Source: Octopus sinensis
Taxonomy: Eukaryota
Length of the DNA stretch: 64,000 nucleotides
Direction of reading: 5' to 3'
Assembly (NCBI RefSeq): GCF_006345805.1
Contig: NC_043008.1
Location: 43,648,001-43,712,000 of the forward strand
Under the pieces are notes generated by a model, which searched no databases, was not told where the DNA came from, and worked only from the letters and a program-made list of their open reading frames with translations. Shown in pieces: positions 38,101 through 51,350 of the stretch. How positions within the stretch are numbered: position 1 is the stretch's first letter; each line of letters opens with the position of its first letter. Position numbers and translations under genes: made by a program.

Positions 38101-38958
38101 CTATCTATATGCATATTCATAATACATACATATTCATACATATATATGTATGTATGTATGTATGCATATATATATACACTTATAAATACGTACAGAATTG
38201 TAGATAGATTACACACGCACGCACATTGGCAAGCATATATATATATATTTGTCTATATATACACACATTCACAAACATATATAAGAGAATGAGAGAGAAA
38301 AAGAAAGAGAGTAAATATATTCACAAAGACAAGATTTTAAATGGAGACATCATGGATTGATAAGCGAGAAGTCTGTATCTATCTGCCTATATTTCACGTA
38401 TCTATTACGGATATTTTTTCCCGTCTCTCATCGACTGAAGACAAACCGAATGGAATACTATAATTGCTGAAATGACGTTGGTAAAGTTAACCCAAATTAT
38501 ACATGTAACCATACCTATTCACCTTGCTTATCTTCTTATATTCCAAAAAGACATGGTAGCCATCTTAATTTACGTCACCCTACGTCATTAACATGTGCAA
38601 ATTTATCGCCTGAAAAATGAAAGCTTCAGAAACAAAACCGGGTCGTCTTTTACGGACCTGATGCTTCGCGAGACAGATTTGTGTGAACTTATTAAACTCA
38701 AGTTTCGTGCAGCCATTGAGAAGAATATGTCTATAGTGATTGGACGCTAAAAGTTTTGCACAAAACTCATTAAGTATTTTCTTTCTTGGTTTATCAAATG
38801 TCTTCTATGAGACAACATTATATTTCCATTATTAAATCGATCATTATAAAGTTTCCAACAAAATTTTATACCAAATATGTCTCCTTCTTTCAAGGAATGC
38901 GTGATATCTCCAGCTATTTTTCTGATTGTACAATAGTTTCTTGCAAAAAGGAACTTAC

Positions 38959-39096
38959 TGTTTTCTTTAGACTTAATGCTTGCAATTTTTCGTTCGGGAA
39001 AAGATCTTTCCCCGATCCATTTGGTTTTTATGTGGTCTTGGGGCTGAGGTAAGGAGTACTGCCTTTGAAAACCCGTCAGTCGCACATCTTCAGACT
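38959..39096 (-). CDS. Candidate internal coding exon, product unknown
   Basis: Acceptor cattgtttctgtcAG and donor aca/GTAAGT; 138 nt, phase 1-1, stop-free (ESEDVRLTGFQRQYSLPQPQDHIKTKWIGERSFPERKIASIKSKEN), in non-repetitive DNA. No homology recognised. Confidence 0.25.
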
Positions 39097-40164
39097 CTGA
39101 CAGAAACAATGATCTCTAAGTAATACACAGTTCTCACCTATGGTTGCAAAAGTCGGTAGTGTTCTCTGATGGTCACCAAATGGTTCCTCACTTCGGCCAG
39201 CGAGCAAAACGAAGTAGAGCGTATCAGCAATCGCGAAAGAATTTCTGTACAGGAGACGTCACCATTTAAATGCATGAAAACTAAAAATGGGAGATGAGGT
39301 CGAAGAACTTGATTTGGTTAACAGCTCAGAATGTATGATAGGAAAATGTGTGCCACATTAGAGCACTCTTTCTATGGTATACAAACTTGAGGTCAACCTC
39401 CGTGGAAGGGAGCAGGACCCTGCCATGTACTTAACTTCATCCGAATGAGGGTCCTTTACATTCAACCTGCTGTGAATAGTTGACACATAATGATGGTGAT
39501 GATCATGAAAATCTTTCTTCTCCATTTTTTTGTCGCTATTTCACTATTCATATCACATAGCTAAAGTTAAACACAGTTTAATTGTTGAGTAGTTTAGTAA
39601 TTGTGCAATGGTTCTGTAGTTTTCTCAGCGCCAAAATATCCTGAGCCCAAAAGGTCTGATGTCAAGTAAGGCAGCGTCGAATGAGCGATGTTAAACAAGC
39701 AGGGCCAAAGCATTTCCGTCTCTACTCCACTACAAATACACAAGAATAGAGATAAATACTTCAAGTAATTCCAGTCCGACGGCCTAATAATTTCCACTAA
39801 TCAATCACAGCTAGACAAGTGATTTATTTATCGATCCCTGAAATAACATGGAGGAAAAGTTGATCTGTACAGAATTTGAACTCAAAACGCAGAATGTCTG
39901 AACAAGCAAAACTATAAGGCGTTCTTCTATTCGACGTTCAAAAGATTCTGTCAGCTTTTAGGCAGAATAAGCGTTGATATTTTACAATGCTAACAATGTT
40001 CTCTTCATTCGCTAAAATAAATCTTTTAGTTACACTATTAACACACGTACGCACATACACATGCAAACACACACATACAGTCGATGTAATATATATCTAT
40101 GTATTGTATACATAAGTTTATGGAACACAAATATATATAGCTTATATTTTCTTTCTCTTCCATA

Positions 40165-40213
<49 letters not shown>

Positions 40214-40222
40214 AGTAATATA

Positions 40223-40262
<40 letters not shown>

Positions 40263-40321
40263 TATATGCAATCACGTATACGTAATATATTATTTCATAA
40301 ATTATATATATAGTTTATGAA

Positions 40322-40358
<37 letters not shown>

Positions 40359-41026
40359 TATATAGATATGTGTGTGTGTGTGAGTATGATATATATATAT
40401 ATGTATATATATACATATGTGCATACTTGCGCACACGCACACAAGCACACACGTGCGCGCGCACACACACGTACAGTATCTATACTTTATTTACTATGGC
40501 AAAAGCAACAACAACAACAACAAAAGCTAGAACAAAAGACAAATAAATATATAAATAAATACATAAAAAAACCTAATATTTATAATAACTGAAAAAAAAG
40601 TACGGATGCAGAAATTCGTAGCAAAGCCTTGATTAATTAATCTGAAGGAATATATAGAGGAAATGAGGTTCGTTTGAAGTGTATTTATTTACTTTGTGAG
40701 AAAAATATGACCACCACCACCAACACCAACACCAACAACAACAAAAACAATAGAGGGAGGGATAGAGAGAGAGAGTGTGTATGTGAGAGAGAAAGAGCGA
40801 GAGAGTGTGTGTATAAGAGAAAGAGAGAGGTGGTGGGGAAGGACTTTGTTTTCAGAATGAAAGATCAAAATACTTTTTTTTTTGTCTCTCATTGTTATTT
40901 ATTAAGTTGTCGTCTGCTTCTTTTTTGGCTCGTATTTTTCTTTCGTCTTGCAGTGGTTGAGTGTTTAAATGTTGACTGGTTGTTGTGTTGCCTGCCTATT
41001 TTTTTCTTTATTATTGTAAACAAAAA

Positions 41027-41635
41027 TAGAAGAAGAAGAAGAAGAAGAAGAAGAAGGGGAAGGAGAAGGGGAAGAAGGAGAAGAAGAAGAAGGGGAAGAA
41101 GGGGAAGAAAAAGAAGAAGAAAATAGAAGAAGAAGAAGGAGAAGAAGAAGACGAAGAAGAAGACGAAGAAGAAAACGAAGAAGAAGAAGGAGAAGAAGAA
41201 GAAGAAGAAGAAGAAGACGAAGAAGAAGAAGAAGACGAAGAAAAATACAAAGAAGAAAAAGAAGAAGAAGAAGAAAATAGAAGACGAAGAAGAAGAAGAA
41301 AATAGAAGAAGAAAAAGAAGAATAATAATAAGAAAATAGAAGAAGACGAAAAAGAAGGAGTAGAAGAAGAAGAAGCAGAAAAAGAATAAGAAGAAGAAAA
41401 TAGAAGACGAAGAAGAAGAAGAAAATAAAAGAAGAAAAAGAAGAAGAATAATAATAAGAAAATAGAAGAAGACGAAAAAGAAGAAGAAGAAGAAGAAGAG
41501 CAGAGAAAGAGAAGAAGAAGAAGAAGAAGAAGAAGAAGAAGAAAATAGAAGACGAAAAAGAAGAAGAAGAAGAAGGAAAAGAAGAAGAAAAAGAAGAAGA
41601 AGAAGAAGGAGGAGAAGAAGAAGGAGAAGAAGAAG
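41027..41635. repeat. Degenerate (GAA)n polypurine tract with higher-order duplication
   Basis: Directly visible. Confidence 0.95.
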
Positions 41636-42779
41636 TGACACAACAACAACAATAATAATAGTAATAATAACAGCAGTAACAACAACGCAACACTAATAAC
41701 GCAATGTTTTCCGAATTTATCATGCAGTCGACAAATATGAACTAATGGCAGTTTTTCAATATTTAATGTACTACAGAGAGTTTCTTCCCCTCCGCCTCTT
41801 CTGCTACTAATTCAGAATAATGTGCACAAAAATACCAAACGGAATTAGGAACTGTTAAAGAAAAAGAAATTCACGAGAAATATTTATTTATTTTTCATAA
41901 TTTTTCTGTAGTTTTTACTTTTGGCAGTTTTTTTTTTTTTTTTGCAATTGTTTTGACTTTATAAGTTTCACAGAGAAATTACTTGGCATCGTTTACTATT
42001 TTTGTTTTTAGTTTTTCTCCAAGAGAAAATTAAAAGAAAGAAAGAATAAAACAGAGTTGAAGAATATTAAACGCCATAAGGTATAATGTTTTCTCTAACA
42101 CGGTCAAACATAATTACTAAACGGTATTGTGTTTCTAGAAATATACCAGCTTGAACATTCATTCTCTCTTTTCCTCACTCTATTTGCCTCGCTCTTATGA
42201 GTACTGACGTCGTATGAATGTACAAATTCTATTTTGGAACGGTGGGTCTCGAAGCAGATATAGCAGCAATAAATTGTAGCGTGTCGATTATTGGTTGACC
42301 CAATTCTCGTTGGGAAGAATAACATTTCTTAAACGGAGACAGAAATTCAAATTGTTGCTTTGGTCTAATGGCAGAACGTCTCTCATGTTTACGGATGCGG
42401 GTTCAATATTTTCTATCAAAGGGGTTTCTTAAACTAATATTTACACCGTCTTATTTAAAGCTGCTATATTTGCTTCGATATCCACTATTCCAAAACAAGG
42501 CCTCCCCCTCTCTGTATTATATACATGTACGTGTGTTTGTGCGAGTATGCATATACATGCATTTGTGTGTGTATGTGAGTGAGTATACATATAAATACAT
42601 TTGTGTGTATGTGTGTGAGTATACATATACATGCATATGTGTATCCTTTTTCTTGTTCATTTGTTCCAGCCATTAGACTGTGGCCGCGCAGGGGTGCCAT
42701 TTCGAAGAATTTTTAGATGAAAAACATCGACCCTAGTATTTATTTTTTGTTCAGCCTGGTAATAACGCTATCGGAATTG

Positions 42780-42980
42780 TTTGTTATAATTGGAGATGGT
42801 CATATTTTGCCAATTCTTTGCCAATTAAACACACACACTATTTATTTGATCTTCACTTTAGATTTTATTCATTTTATCTTTAGTTTATTCGTCTGTCAAG
42901 GTTCTTTTGTTACACATTCTGTGACCTCTTCAACGACGTTCCCAACGGCGTCTCATGCATCTCATCTTCTTCTGACATGT
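42780..42980 (-). mobile_element. ggtcacag-family PLE-like repeat with decayed HHR
   Basis: Reverse complement of 46,430-46,623; the core reads TTGAAGA...AAAA. Confidence 0.65.
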
Positions 42981-43118
42981 TGGTGTGTTTACGTCCTCGT
43001 AACTTAGTGGTTCGGCAAGACTGTCCGATGGAATAATTCCTGTGGTCGATTTGTTCTATTAAAGGTAGTGCTCCAGCATGGCCGCAGTCAGATGACTGAA
43101 ACAAAAGAATAAAAGAAT
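42980..43118 (+). mobile_element. Family-B SINE 3' part
   Basis: gtgctccagcatggccgcagtcagatgactgaaac plus an (aaaagaat)n tail. Confidence 0.8.
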
Positions 43119-45057
43119 ATACGTATATCTATATTATATGTGTGTATATATATTTATGTTTATATATGCAAATGTATATATCTTAATGTATGTGTGTATA
43201 TGTACATGTGTGTGTACGTATATAAAATGTATGTGTGTGTAGGTCTTCTATCCAAACAAGATTTGAGACACTCCCGGCAGATTTTTTTAAATGAAATATA
43301 TCACATCAGTTGAAGGAATCTATGTATTATACTAAATGTATATACAAATTAGAAAGGCAAGCTGCAGTGGTATTTGCCTCAGAGAAACCCTCTTCGGAGA
43401 TGTATTAAAAACACAAAATACATCGAAACGAAACAAACATCGTCGCACCAGTGATTTATGAGAATGTTAGATACAAGCCACCTTAATTGTATCTTATTCA
43501 TAACGTGTACCCATTTGTCACATGACTGAACGAAGTTTGTGTTTTTCTTTCTACGATGTATATTTAGTATGATGTAGAGATGGCTATTTTAATCTAGTGC
43601 TGTTTCAATTGCGTTCTCAGATATTTTTTACTTCTTGGCAAGCATTCCGCAATATCAGTGGAAGTATTATTCGCTGTTCTTATATATCGAGAATGCTTTG
43701 ATATATATATTGCGCTTTTAGCGCATGTCAATCAAAAAACCAGAACAGTCTGCTTTTTTACGGTGTATATAAATTTAGTATGATATACAGCTAGCAATTT
43801 TAACGATTTAGGTGCTTGAAAAAAATACTAGTACATGCGTGTGTTGTGCGCGCGCATGTGCGTGTGTGTATATGTGTGTGTATGTGCCTGTGTGTGTTGT
43901 GTGCGTGTGCGTTGTGTGTGTGTTTGTGTGTGTGTATGTGTGTGTGTGTTGTGTTGTGTGTGTGAAAACAAATGCGTTCTTAAGATGAGAAAGTTCAATG
44001 ATATTAGGACTTTCCATTGTTTCTTCTCTTATTTAAAGGAAATTACCTCATCTTGTGGCTTGCTGGTGAGATCTGGTGTGCTGTCCTAGCTTAAGTCAGT
44101 CGCCACACAAAAGGGTGTCCCTGAAAATGATGGTTCGTGGATAACTCTAAAACAAAACTTGTGTGAAATGCAGTTATTTGATTGGCTAAATCATCGAATT
44201 GAGACAACGCTTTCACTGACTGTGACACGTGTTCGATTCTTAGTCGCTCCAGGAATTGGCAGTCAAAATGACATCGCTTCATGTTGCTATTAAGTTTTAA
44301 ATTGTTTGGATTATTAACCTCGAATGTAGATGCGGATAGCCCACCAGCTATTTGCCACTACAGTTGTTGCTATATGTATAGAAGCGAAACTTGTCGAAGT
44401 ATGCAGTTGATAGTGGATACGTGCTGCCGATGACTCACAGAGGTGCAGAAGTTCCGAATTTATAAATTCCGCCCTCGCTGCTGGACACTTTTCCCCTACC
44501 ACTGATACAATTCTCTGCTTTTTAGCACTATACCTCTACATATCTATACGAGAAGCTTTCTCATGACGATTACTGTAAGTATATGGTTTTCTAAGGCATA
44601 TTCACGTTAAGTAAGATATACTAAATGCTATTCTAAAATTGTTTTCATTTCTGAGAATTAAATTACTATTTTGAAAAATATTGATCTTTATAACAATAAC
44701 TCGTCTCATATTTTCCGCTTTTTAAAATACTGTTTCATTGTCAGGTCTAAAACAGACAGAAGGAAAATGTATATATTTAGTAATTCAGAATGAAATAAGG
44801 TCTTTAATATGTCAAAAGCCGCTTTTTATACCAATAAAATTATATAATAGATTGTAACATTTAAGAATCGAAGAATCGAATTGTAACGGTTATGAATCAG
44901 GACCTTGTCGGAAACGAAGTTTGCCAGCTGTTTTTTTTTTAATATTTTGTTAGATTTTCCGTAGATTACGACGACGAACCTCTCAGCTGAAGTCATCAGA
45001 ACTTCCGACACAAAATAACATATATATCAGTAACATAACCAATATACAGAATCCCGG

Positions 45058-45290
45058 GAGGCGGTGAGCTGGCAGAAACGTTAGCATGCCGGGCGAAATG
45101 CGTAGCCGTATTTCATCTGTCGTTACGTTCTGAGTTCAAATTCCGCCAAGGTCGACTTTGCCTTTCATCCTTTCGGGGTCGATAAATTAAGTACCAGTTA
45201 CTCACTGGGATTGATATAATCGACTTAATGCGTTCGTCTGTCCTTGTTTGTCCCCTCTATGTTTAGCCCCTTGTGGGCAGTAAAGAAATA
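45058..45290 (+). mobile_element. Family-A tRNA-derived SINE, reference full-length copy
   Basis: A-box-like tggcagaaacgt, B box gagttcaaattcc (45,132-45,144), tail ending cagtaaagaaata. Confidence 0.92.
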
Positions 45291-46267
45291 TATACTGAAT
45301 CCCTGGGTTGGTGGAGCTCTCCGACTCTACAAGGCGGTTCGCCAAAGAAAAGACCACGCGAATGCGAAACCTACAGCATGTGTCACCGTTGAGCCACAGT
45401 GGCCAGAACTTCAAGTGTAAAGAGTGAGACTAGATTACACAGACATACTCATACTTTAAAACTACTAAGCGCAGGCAGGAAGATAGCTCTGCTGCATCTA
45501 GGATTGCAAATGGCCACTTGAGAGCATGCCCCTCTTCCTTATTATCTACAAACATAGAGAAACTGCTATCATTATACACAATCAGTTCGGACTTGAGTAA
45601 ACCAGGCCGCGTGGGTTACAAATAGAGTCTGTCCCACATGTTTCCATAGTTTCCGACGGAACTGATTCAACTGCAAGGGCTTGAGTGGATTGTAGAATGC
45701 CAAAACTTTGTTTACATCTATGCTGTGGGATCAAACATTATAACCACCAGGGCATACCAATGCCCTATTTTATTTCCCAAATAGCTTTGACTATATTTTA
45801 CGGAATGAAAGACCTACTTCGTTTGTAAAATGAAAAAGAGAAAAAGACACCTTAATAGTTACCATGTGTCTTTTATAATTCTGGCTGAGAAGGCTATTGC
45901 TGTGGTTTTCTGAGGTCTGTGCTTAGAGTTGTGTTGACGTACCCACGGGGTGGTTGGTGGTAGTCGTAGACAGATACCAGAAGCTGGTAGGTGGTCAACA
46001 ATGTCGGATGTGATAGGATTACCATAGTGTGTCTTATGAATAATTTCAGGAGAGTTAAAGCGACGAGAGTAATGTTGTGTACCGCAATATTAATGCCCGG
46101 TAGCAAACCACTTGGTAGCTGGCCATTGTCTGCTGATTTCGTTCGTCAAACGTCGGTTTCAACATTTCGCTTATTTGTCCGCCACTTTCGATAGCAGACA
46201 TTTAGCGTGTGCCTGCTGGACATGGTTCAATCCTGTTGATGGGGCTTTGATGAGTATAAACAATAGG

Positions 46268-46623
46268 TTATATTTGGGGATGGCCATCTTTTGTCAATTC
46301 TTTGCCAATGAAACACATGCACCATTTATTTGATCTTCATTTTAATTTATATTCGCAATATTTTTAGCTTATTCATCTGTCTTTGGTCGCACGTTCTGTG
46401 ACCTCTTCAACTACTTTCTGTTTCATATGTCAGAACAAGAAGAGATGCATGAAACGCTGATGGGAACGTCGTTGAAAAGGTCACAGAATGTGGAAGAAAA
46501 GAACCTTGACAGACGAATATACTAAAGATAAAATGAATAAAAGCTAAAAGTGAAGATCAAATAAATAGTGTCTGTGTATATTTGGCATAGAATTGGGAAA
46601 CGGTGACCATCTCCAAATATAAC
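46268..46623. mobile_element. Fold-back copy of the ggtcacag family
   Basis: 46,268-46,411 is a diverged reverse complement of 46,471-46,623. Confidence 0.75.
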
Positions 46624-46759
46624 AATATTTGTTTCAACACACGTTTTCACATCAAGAATCTTGCAAAAAAATACATAAGCATAAACAATTTCTTTTTATA
46701 GAATTATATTTCCAAAATTAGCTTGCATCGACCGTGATGCAGTATCTGCCATGCTGCGA

Positions 46760-47010
46760 AAAATCGTGTTTGATCATTGATATTGCTTGCCCTAGGGACA
46801 GCAGAATGATCGAAAAAGGAGGAAAAGCTGACGAGACATGAAGCTTTTAAGAGAAATAAAAGAGCTGAAGTCAATGATAAAGGTATATATTGTGCCAATT
46901 GTTGTTGGTGCTCTCGGTAGAGTGAGCAAAGAAATTGGAAATGGCTTGGAAAAAATAGTAGTAAATGGATGACAGAGCACATTGAAACTTTTGAAAAGAA
47001 CATACAACCT
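46760..47010 (+). pseudogene. R4/Dong-type RLE endonuclease fragment
   Basis: KSCLIIDIACPRDSRMIEKEEKL / (frameshift) EIKELKSMIKVYIVPIVVGALGRVSK. Confidence 0.85.
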
Positions 47011-47089
47011 CAGTTCACGGGAAGTGAGCACGCGGTACATGAATGAAAACCCCCCAAACAAGCTGAGTATGATAGATGTAATAATCATT

Positions 47090-47296
47090 TCTTCTAAAGA
47101 CACAAGGCCTGAAATTTGAGGAGAGGGAACGAGTCGATTACATCGACCCAAGTGCATAACTGGTATTTATTCCGTCGGTCCCGAAAAGATAAAAGGTAAA
47201 GTCGACCTCGGCGGAATTTAAACTCAGAACGGAAATGACGGAAATGCCGCTAAGCAGTTTGTCCGGCTTGCTAACAATCCTGCCAGCTCGCCGCCT
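47090..47296 (-). mobile_element. Family-A SINE
   Basis: Reverse complement of the family-A head and body, with an alternative tail. Confidence 0.85.
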
Positions 47297-47821
47297 CGAT
47301 AAAAAACAATATTAATAAATTCTTTGTATATTCCATGAAGCAAAGCTTTACAGAGAAAAACAAAAAAAATGTTTATTATTGATTGAATCGGAAAAGGGAT
47401 GATATTTAGAGAATGAACGAGAGATGGAGTCGAACTTCAGCGAGAATTGAAATCAAGCACAAAGGAAGAGGAGTATCTTGTAATCTTTATTCCACCAATC
47501 AACATCAGCCAAATATCTCGCTGCAAGAATTACATAATACCAATATATAACCCATAACTATTGCATAAATAAAAAAAAAACAGAAACGATATACGAATAT
47601 ATATATATATATATTATATATATATATATATATATGGATGGATGGATGTATGTATGTATTATGTATGAATGTTTACTCTCTCATAAAAGTTGTACAAAAT
47701 ACCCCTCCTTCTCCACCGGATATTTATCCATCCCGATTGATTACTCAGCATTAATTCGAACAGTATTTACAGAAAAACACGCAGCCGTAATACTACTGCT
47801 GCTAAATATATATATATACAT

Positions 47822-47914
<93 letters not shown>

Positions 47915-48417
47915 TTATTTATATATGTATGTATGTATGTATGTATGTGTGTTTTACCCTTTCCATACTGAATTTGATTCTAGCCGATCTCGATATTCTG
48001 CAATACTGCGACAAACTAGCCATTCTACAGCACTGATATAAATAAAGCACAGACACCAAACAAAGAAAGAACTGCAGTCGTATAATAAACAATGCGCTGA
48101 GAGGAGAGGAGAGAAGTATCAATATCCATGCAGTTAATATTTGGAAATGTAAGCAACCGAATAATATTGATGCAAAATATATTTATTTGAAACGAAATGA
48201 ATTCCAGAGAATTTAGAAATCTCTCTGGTTAAATGACCCATAGACAGACGGTAATATATTTTACCAAGAAACAGGGATAGCAAAAAATAATGATAATAAT
48301 AAAATAAAATATGGAAAAAAAAAAGCGGTCAGCAGCTTCTGTGTTGTTTTGCTTTGTTTTGTTCAATAATTTTGCTTCGAAGAATAAGATTAATAATATA
48401 ATAATAATAATAATATA

Positions 48418-48450
<33 letters not shown>

Positions 48451-48454
48451 TGAT

Positions 48455-48667
48455 GGTTTCGAATTTTGGCACAGGCCCATCAATTTTGGTAGGAGGCCAG
48501 TGTTTCTCAAAGGAAAGGCAGTGACCCCAGTGTACGACTGGTACTTATTTTATCGACTTCGAGAGGATGAAAGTCGACATCGGCAGAATTTGAACTCAGA
48601 ACGTAATGACAGGCGGAATGCTTAGCGGCATTTCGCCCGGCGTTCTAACGATTCTGCTCGCTTGCCA
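48455..48667 (-). mobile_element. Family-A SINE between (TAA)n arrays
   Basis: Reverse complement of the family-A head and body, with an alternative tail. Confidence 0.85.
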
Positions 48668-48670
48668 ATG

Positions 48671-48706
<36 letters not shown>

Positions 48707-48807
48707 TAATAATAATAATAATAATAATAATGATAACAATATCAACAATAATGATAACAATATCAACAATAACAAAGTTATCTTTATTCCAAAAGTATTT
48801 AATTTTT

Positions 48808-48957
48808 GTGGAAGGTGTTTATAAGCCATTTAAAAACACAAAAACCGTTAGAATTTGAATTTAATGTGTCAAATTATTTTCGTCGCTTTGAGACCGCGAC
48901 CTGATCGCTGGCAAAATTCCGTGTTGTGTTTTTAAATGGCTTATAAACAACTTCCAC
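48808..48957. mobile_element. Second fold-back copy of the 15.0 kb family, with a decayed G3-C8 HHR (minus, 48,866-48,914)
   Basis: 33-bp inverted arms with one mismatch. Minus strand reads ttgcca GCGATCA g gtcgc-ggtctcaaa-gcgac GAAAATAATT tgacac. Confidence 0.7.
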
Positions 48958-49467
48958 GCTGCAATTGTGATTTAATATTTTTTTATGAAAAGAAATGATT
49001 CTTTGGAGGGCAAAGGATGGGTAATTTGGACAGGACGTAGGACAAGATCCACACTGCAAAGATTATAGCATTTTGTTGACGTCTGGTTAAGGTTAAAGTT
49101 AGTCAAAAACAATTAACACCAAAACGGTTGCATAAATAATTAGTTTTGAAACTAACATATATAACAGCATCCTTATCCAAAAAGATATAAAAGAAACATT
49201 TTTGGAATCACCCCTTCTTTATCAACGATATAGCATAATATATTCTGTTGTATTTCGGGAGGGTCGCTATGCCAATAATACACACACGTATTGGTTCTAT
49301 TTCACTTCTTTATTTTTGTCTGACAAAATAGCTTAATCCCTTAACCAAGTAACTAATCGATTCTTGATTAAACCGAATACTAAAATGTCTAAATATAGTT
49401 AGCTTCCATATTATCATTTTTTTTTACCTTAGTGTTTGACATGTTTCAAAAAATATTTAAATCATAA

Positions 49468-49710
49468 CGTAAACACACCAACACCTCCTGTAAAGCGGTT
49501 GTGGGGGACAAACACAGGCACGAAGCCCCTCCTCCCTCCGTCACATACATATATACGACGGTCTTCTTTCAGTTTCCGTCCATCAGATCCACTCACAAGG
49601 ATTTGGTCGACCCAGGCTACAGAAAACACTTCCCTAAGGTGTCAGACAGTGGGAATGAACCCGGAACCATGACGTCGTGAAGCAAATTCCTTACAACGCT
49701 GCCACGCCTG
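49468..49710 (-). mobile_element. Family-B SINE, partial
   Basis: Reverse complement of the family-B head and middle. Confidence 0.8.
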
Positions 49711-49814
49711 ATTATGTTTTTATTATATTGTTTTTTTTTATTGTAGTTGAACCACTCAGACAATTTAAACGCAAGGAACAGAATGTAAAGTTTTCTTACG
49801 ATCAAATGTTGAGA

Positions 49815-50170
49815 AAAAGAGGAGTAAGAAGAGGAAAGAGTGAGAGGAGGAAGAGTAGATGAGAAGGGGGAGGAGGGAGGAGGAGGAGGAGAAGAAGAAG
49901 AAGAAGAAAGAGAGAGGAAAGGCGGAGTAGATGAGAAGGAGGAGAAGAAGGAGAAGAAGAAGAAAGAGAGAGGGGAGGAGGAGTAGATGAGAAGGAGGAG
50001 AGGAGGAGAAGAAGAAGAAGAAGGAGACGACGACGACGAAGAAGAAGAAGAAGAAGAAGAAGAAGCAGAAGAAGGAGAAGAAGAGGAAGAAGAAGAAGAA
50101 GAAGAGGAAGTAGAAGAAGAATATGAAGAAGAAGGAGGAGAAGAAGAGAAGAAGAAGAAGAAGGAGAAGG
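49815..50170. repeat. (GAA/GGA)n polypurine tract
   Basis: Directly visible. Confidence 0.95.
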
Positions 50171-50401
50171 TTTTAGAGATAAGAAACAGTGAATAATGGA
50201 AAGCTGAGGGGTAACTAAGGTGGTGATTTGAGGATGCTGGTGGTGGCGATGGTGATGGCTGAGTGTAATGGTGTTGTTGTTGTTGGTGGTGATTGTGGTG
50301 GTGCTGGTGGTGGTGATAGTGGAGCGTGAAGGAGTAAGAAAATTAAAATTAGAAACGCTGGATGGAGAAGGAGTGTCATTTCATTAGACTTTTAATAGAT
50401 T

Positions 50402-50482
<81 letters not shown>

Positions 50483-50914
50483 GTAGGGTTAGGAAAGCTG
50501 TGTCAAACGACGAAGAACAACAACAGCTAAAAAAATAAAAGAAAAAAATGAAAGAAAAAACTAAGCCACCGAAAAAACCAACGAAAACTGGCAAAAATCT
50601 TAGAGAACGATTATTGTTCAAAGCGATAAACATCATCGATAATCAAATATCAATAATATAATTGCAATGAATCTAGCATTTCGTTTGCCTCGTCACGTCA
50701 AAATTGTGATCTTGAGGGAATATCATTGATTAAGCTGTTCGCTTTGTAGTTCTCAGTCACTGAAATATATATTCAACTCTTCGAGACGGATTTATATTTT
50801 ACAACGCGATGGGAAAGATAGACAAAAGAAACAAAAACAAAAACAAAAAAAAAAAACAGACAGCCCCATCAAAAAAAAAAGAAGAAGAAAAGATGACTTA
50901 GCTATATTTCTATA

Positions 50915-51350
<436 letters not shown>

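Noticed and set aside
38820-38910. SLKEGDIFG resembling a cyclic-nucleotide-binding motif
   Set aside because: It lacks the conserved GE and R-x-A residues, and lies downstream of the predicted splice donor.
39097-39137. Frame-preserving 41-nt intron upstream of the candidate exon
   Set aside because: It is shorter than expected for a typical animal spliceosomal intron, and the upstream frame has nearby stops.
44091-44502. Protein-like short ORFs in unique sequence
   Set aside because: No recognisable domain and no consistent splice-site and frame combination.
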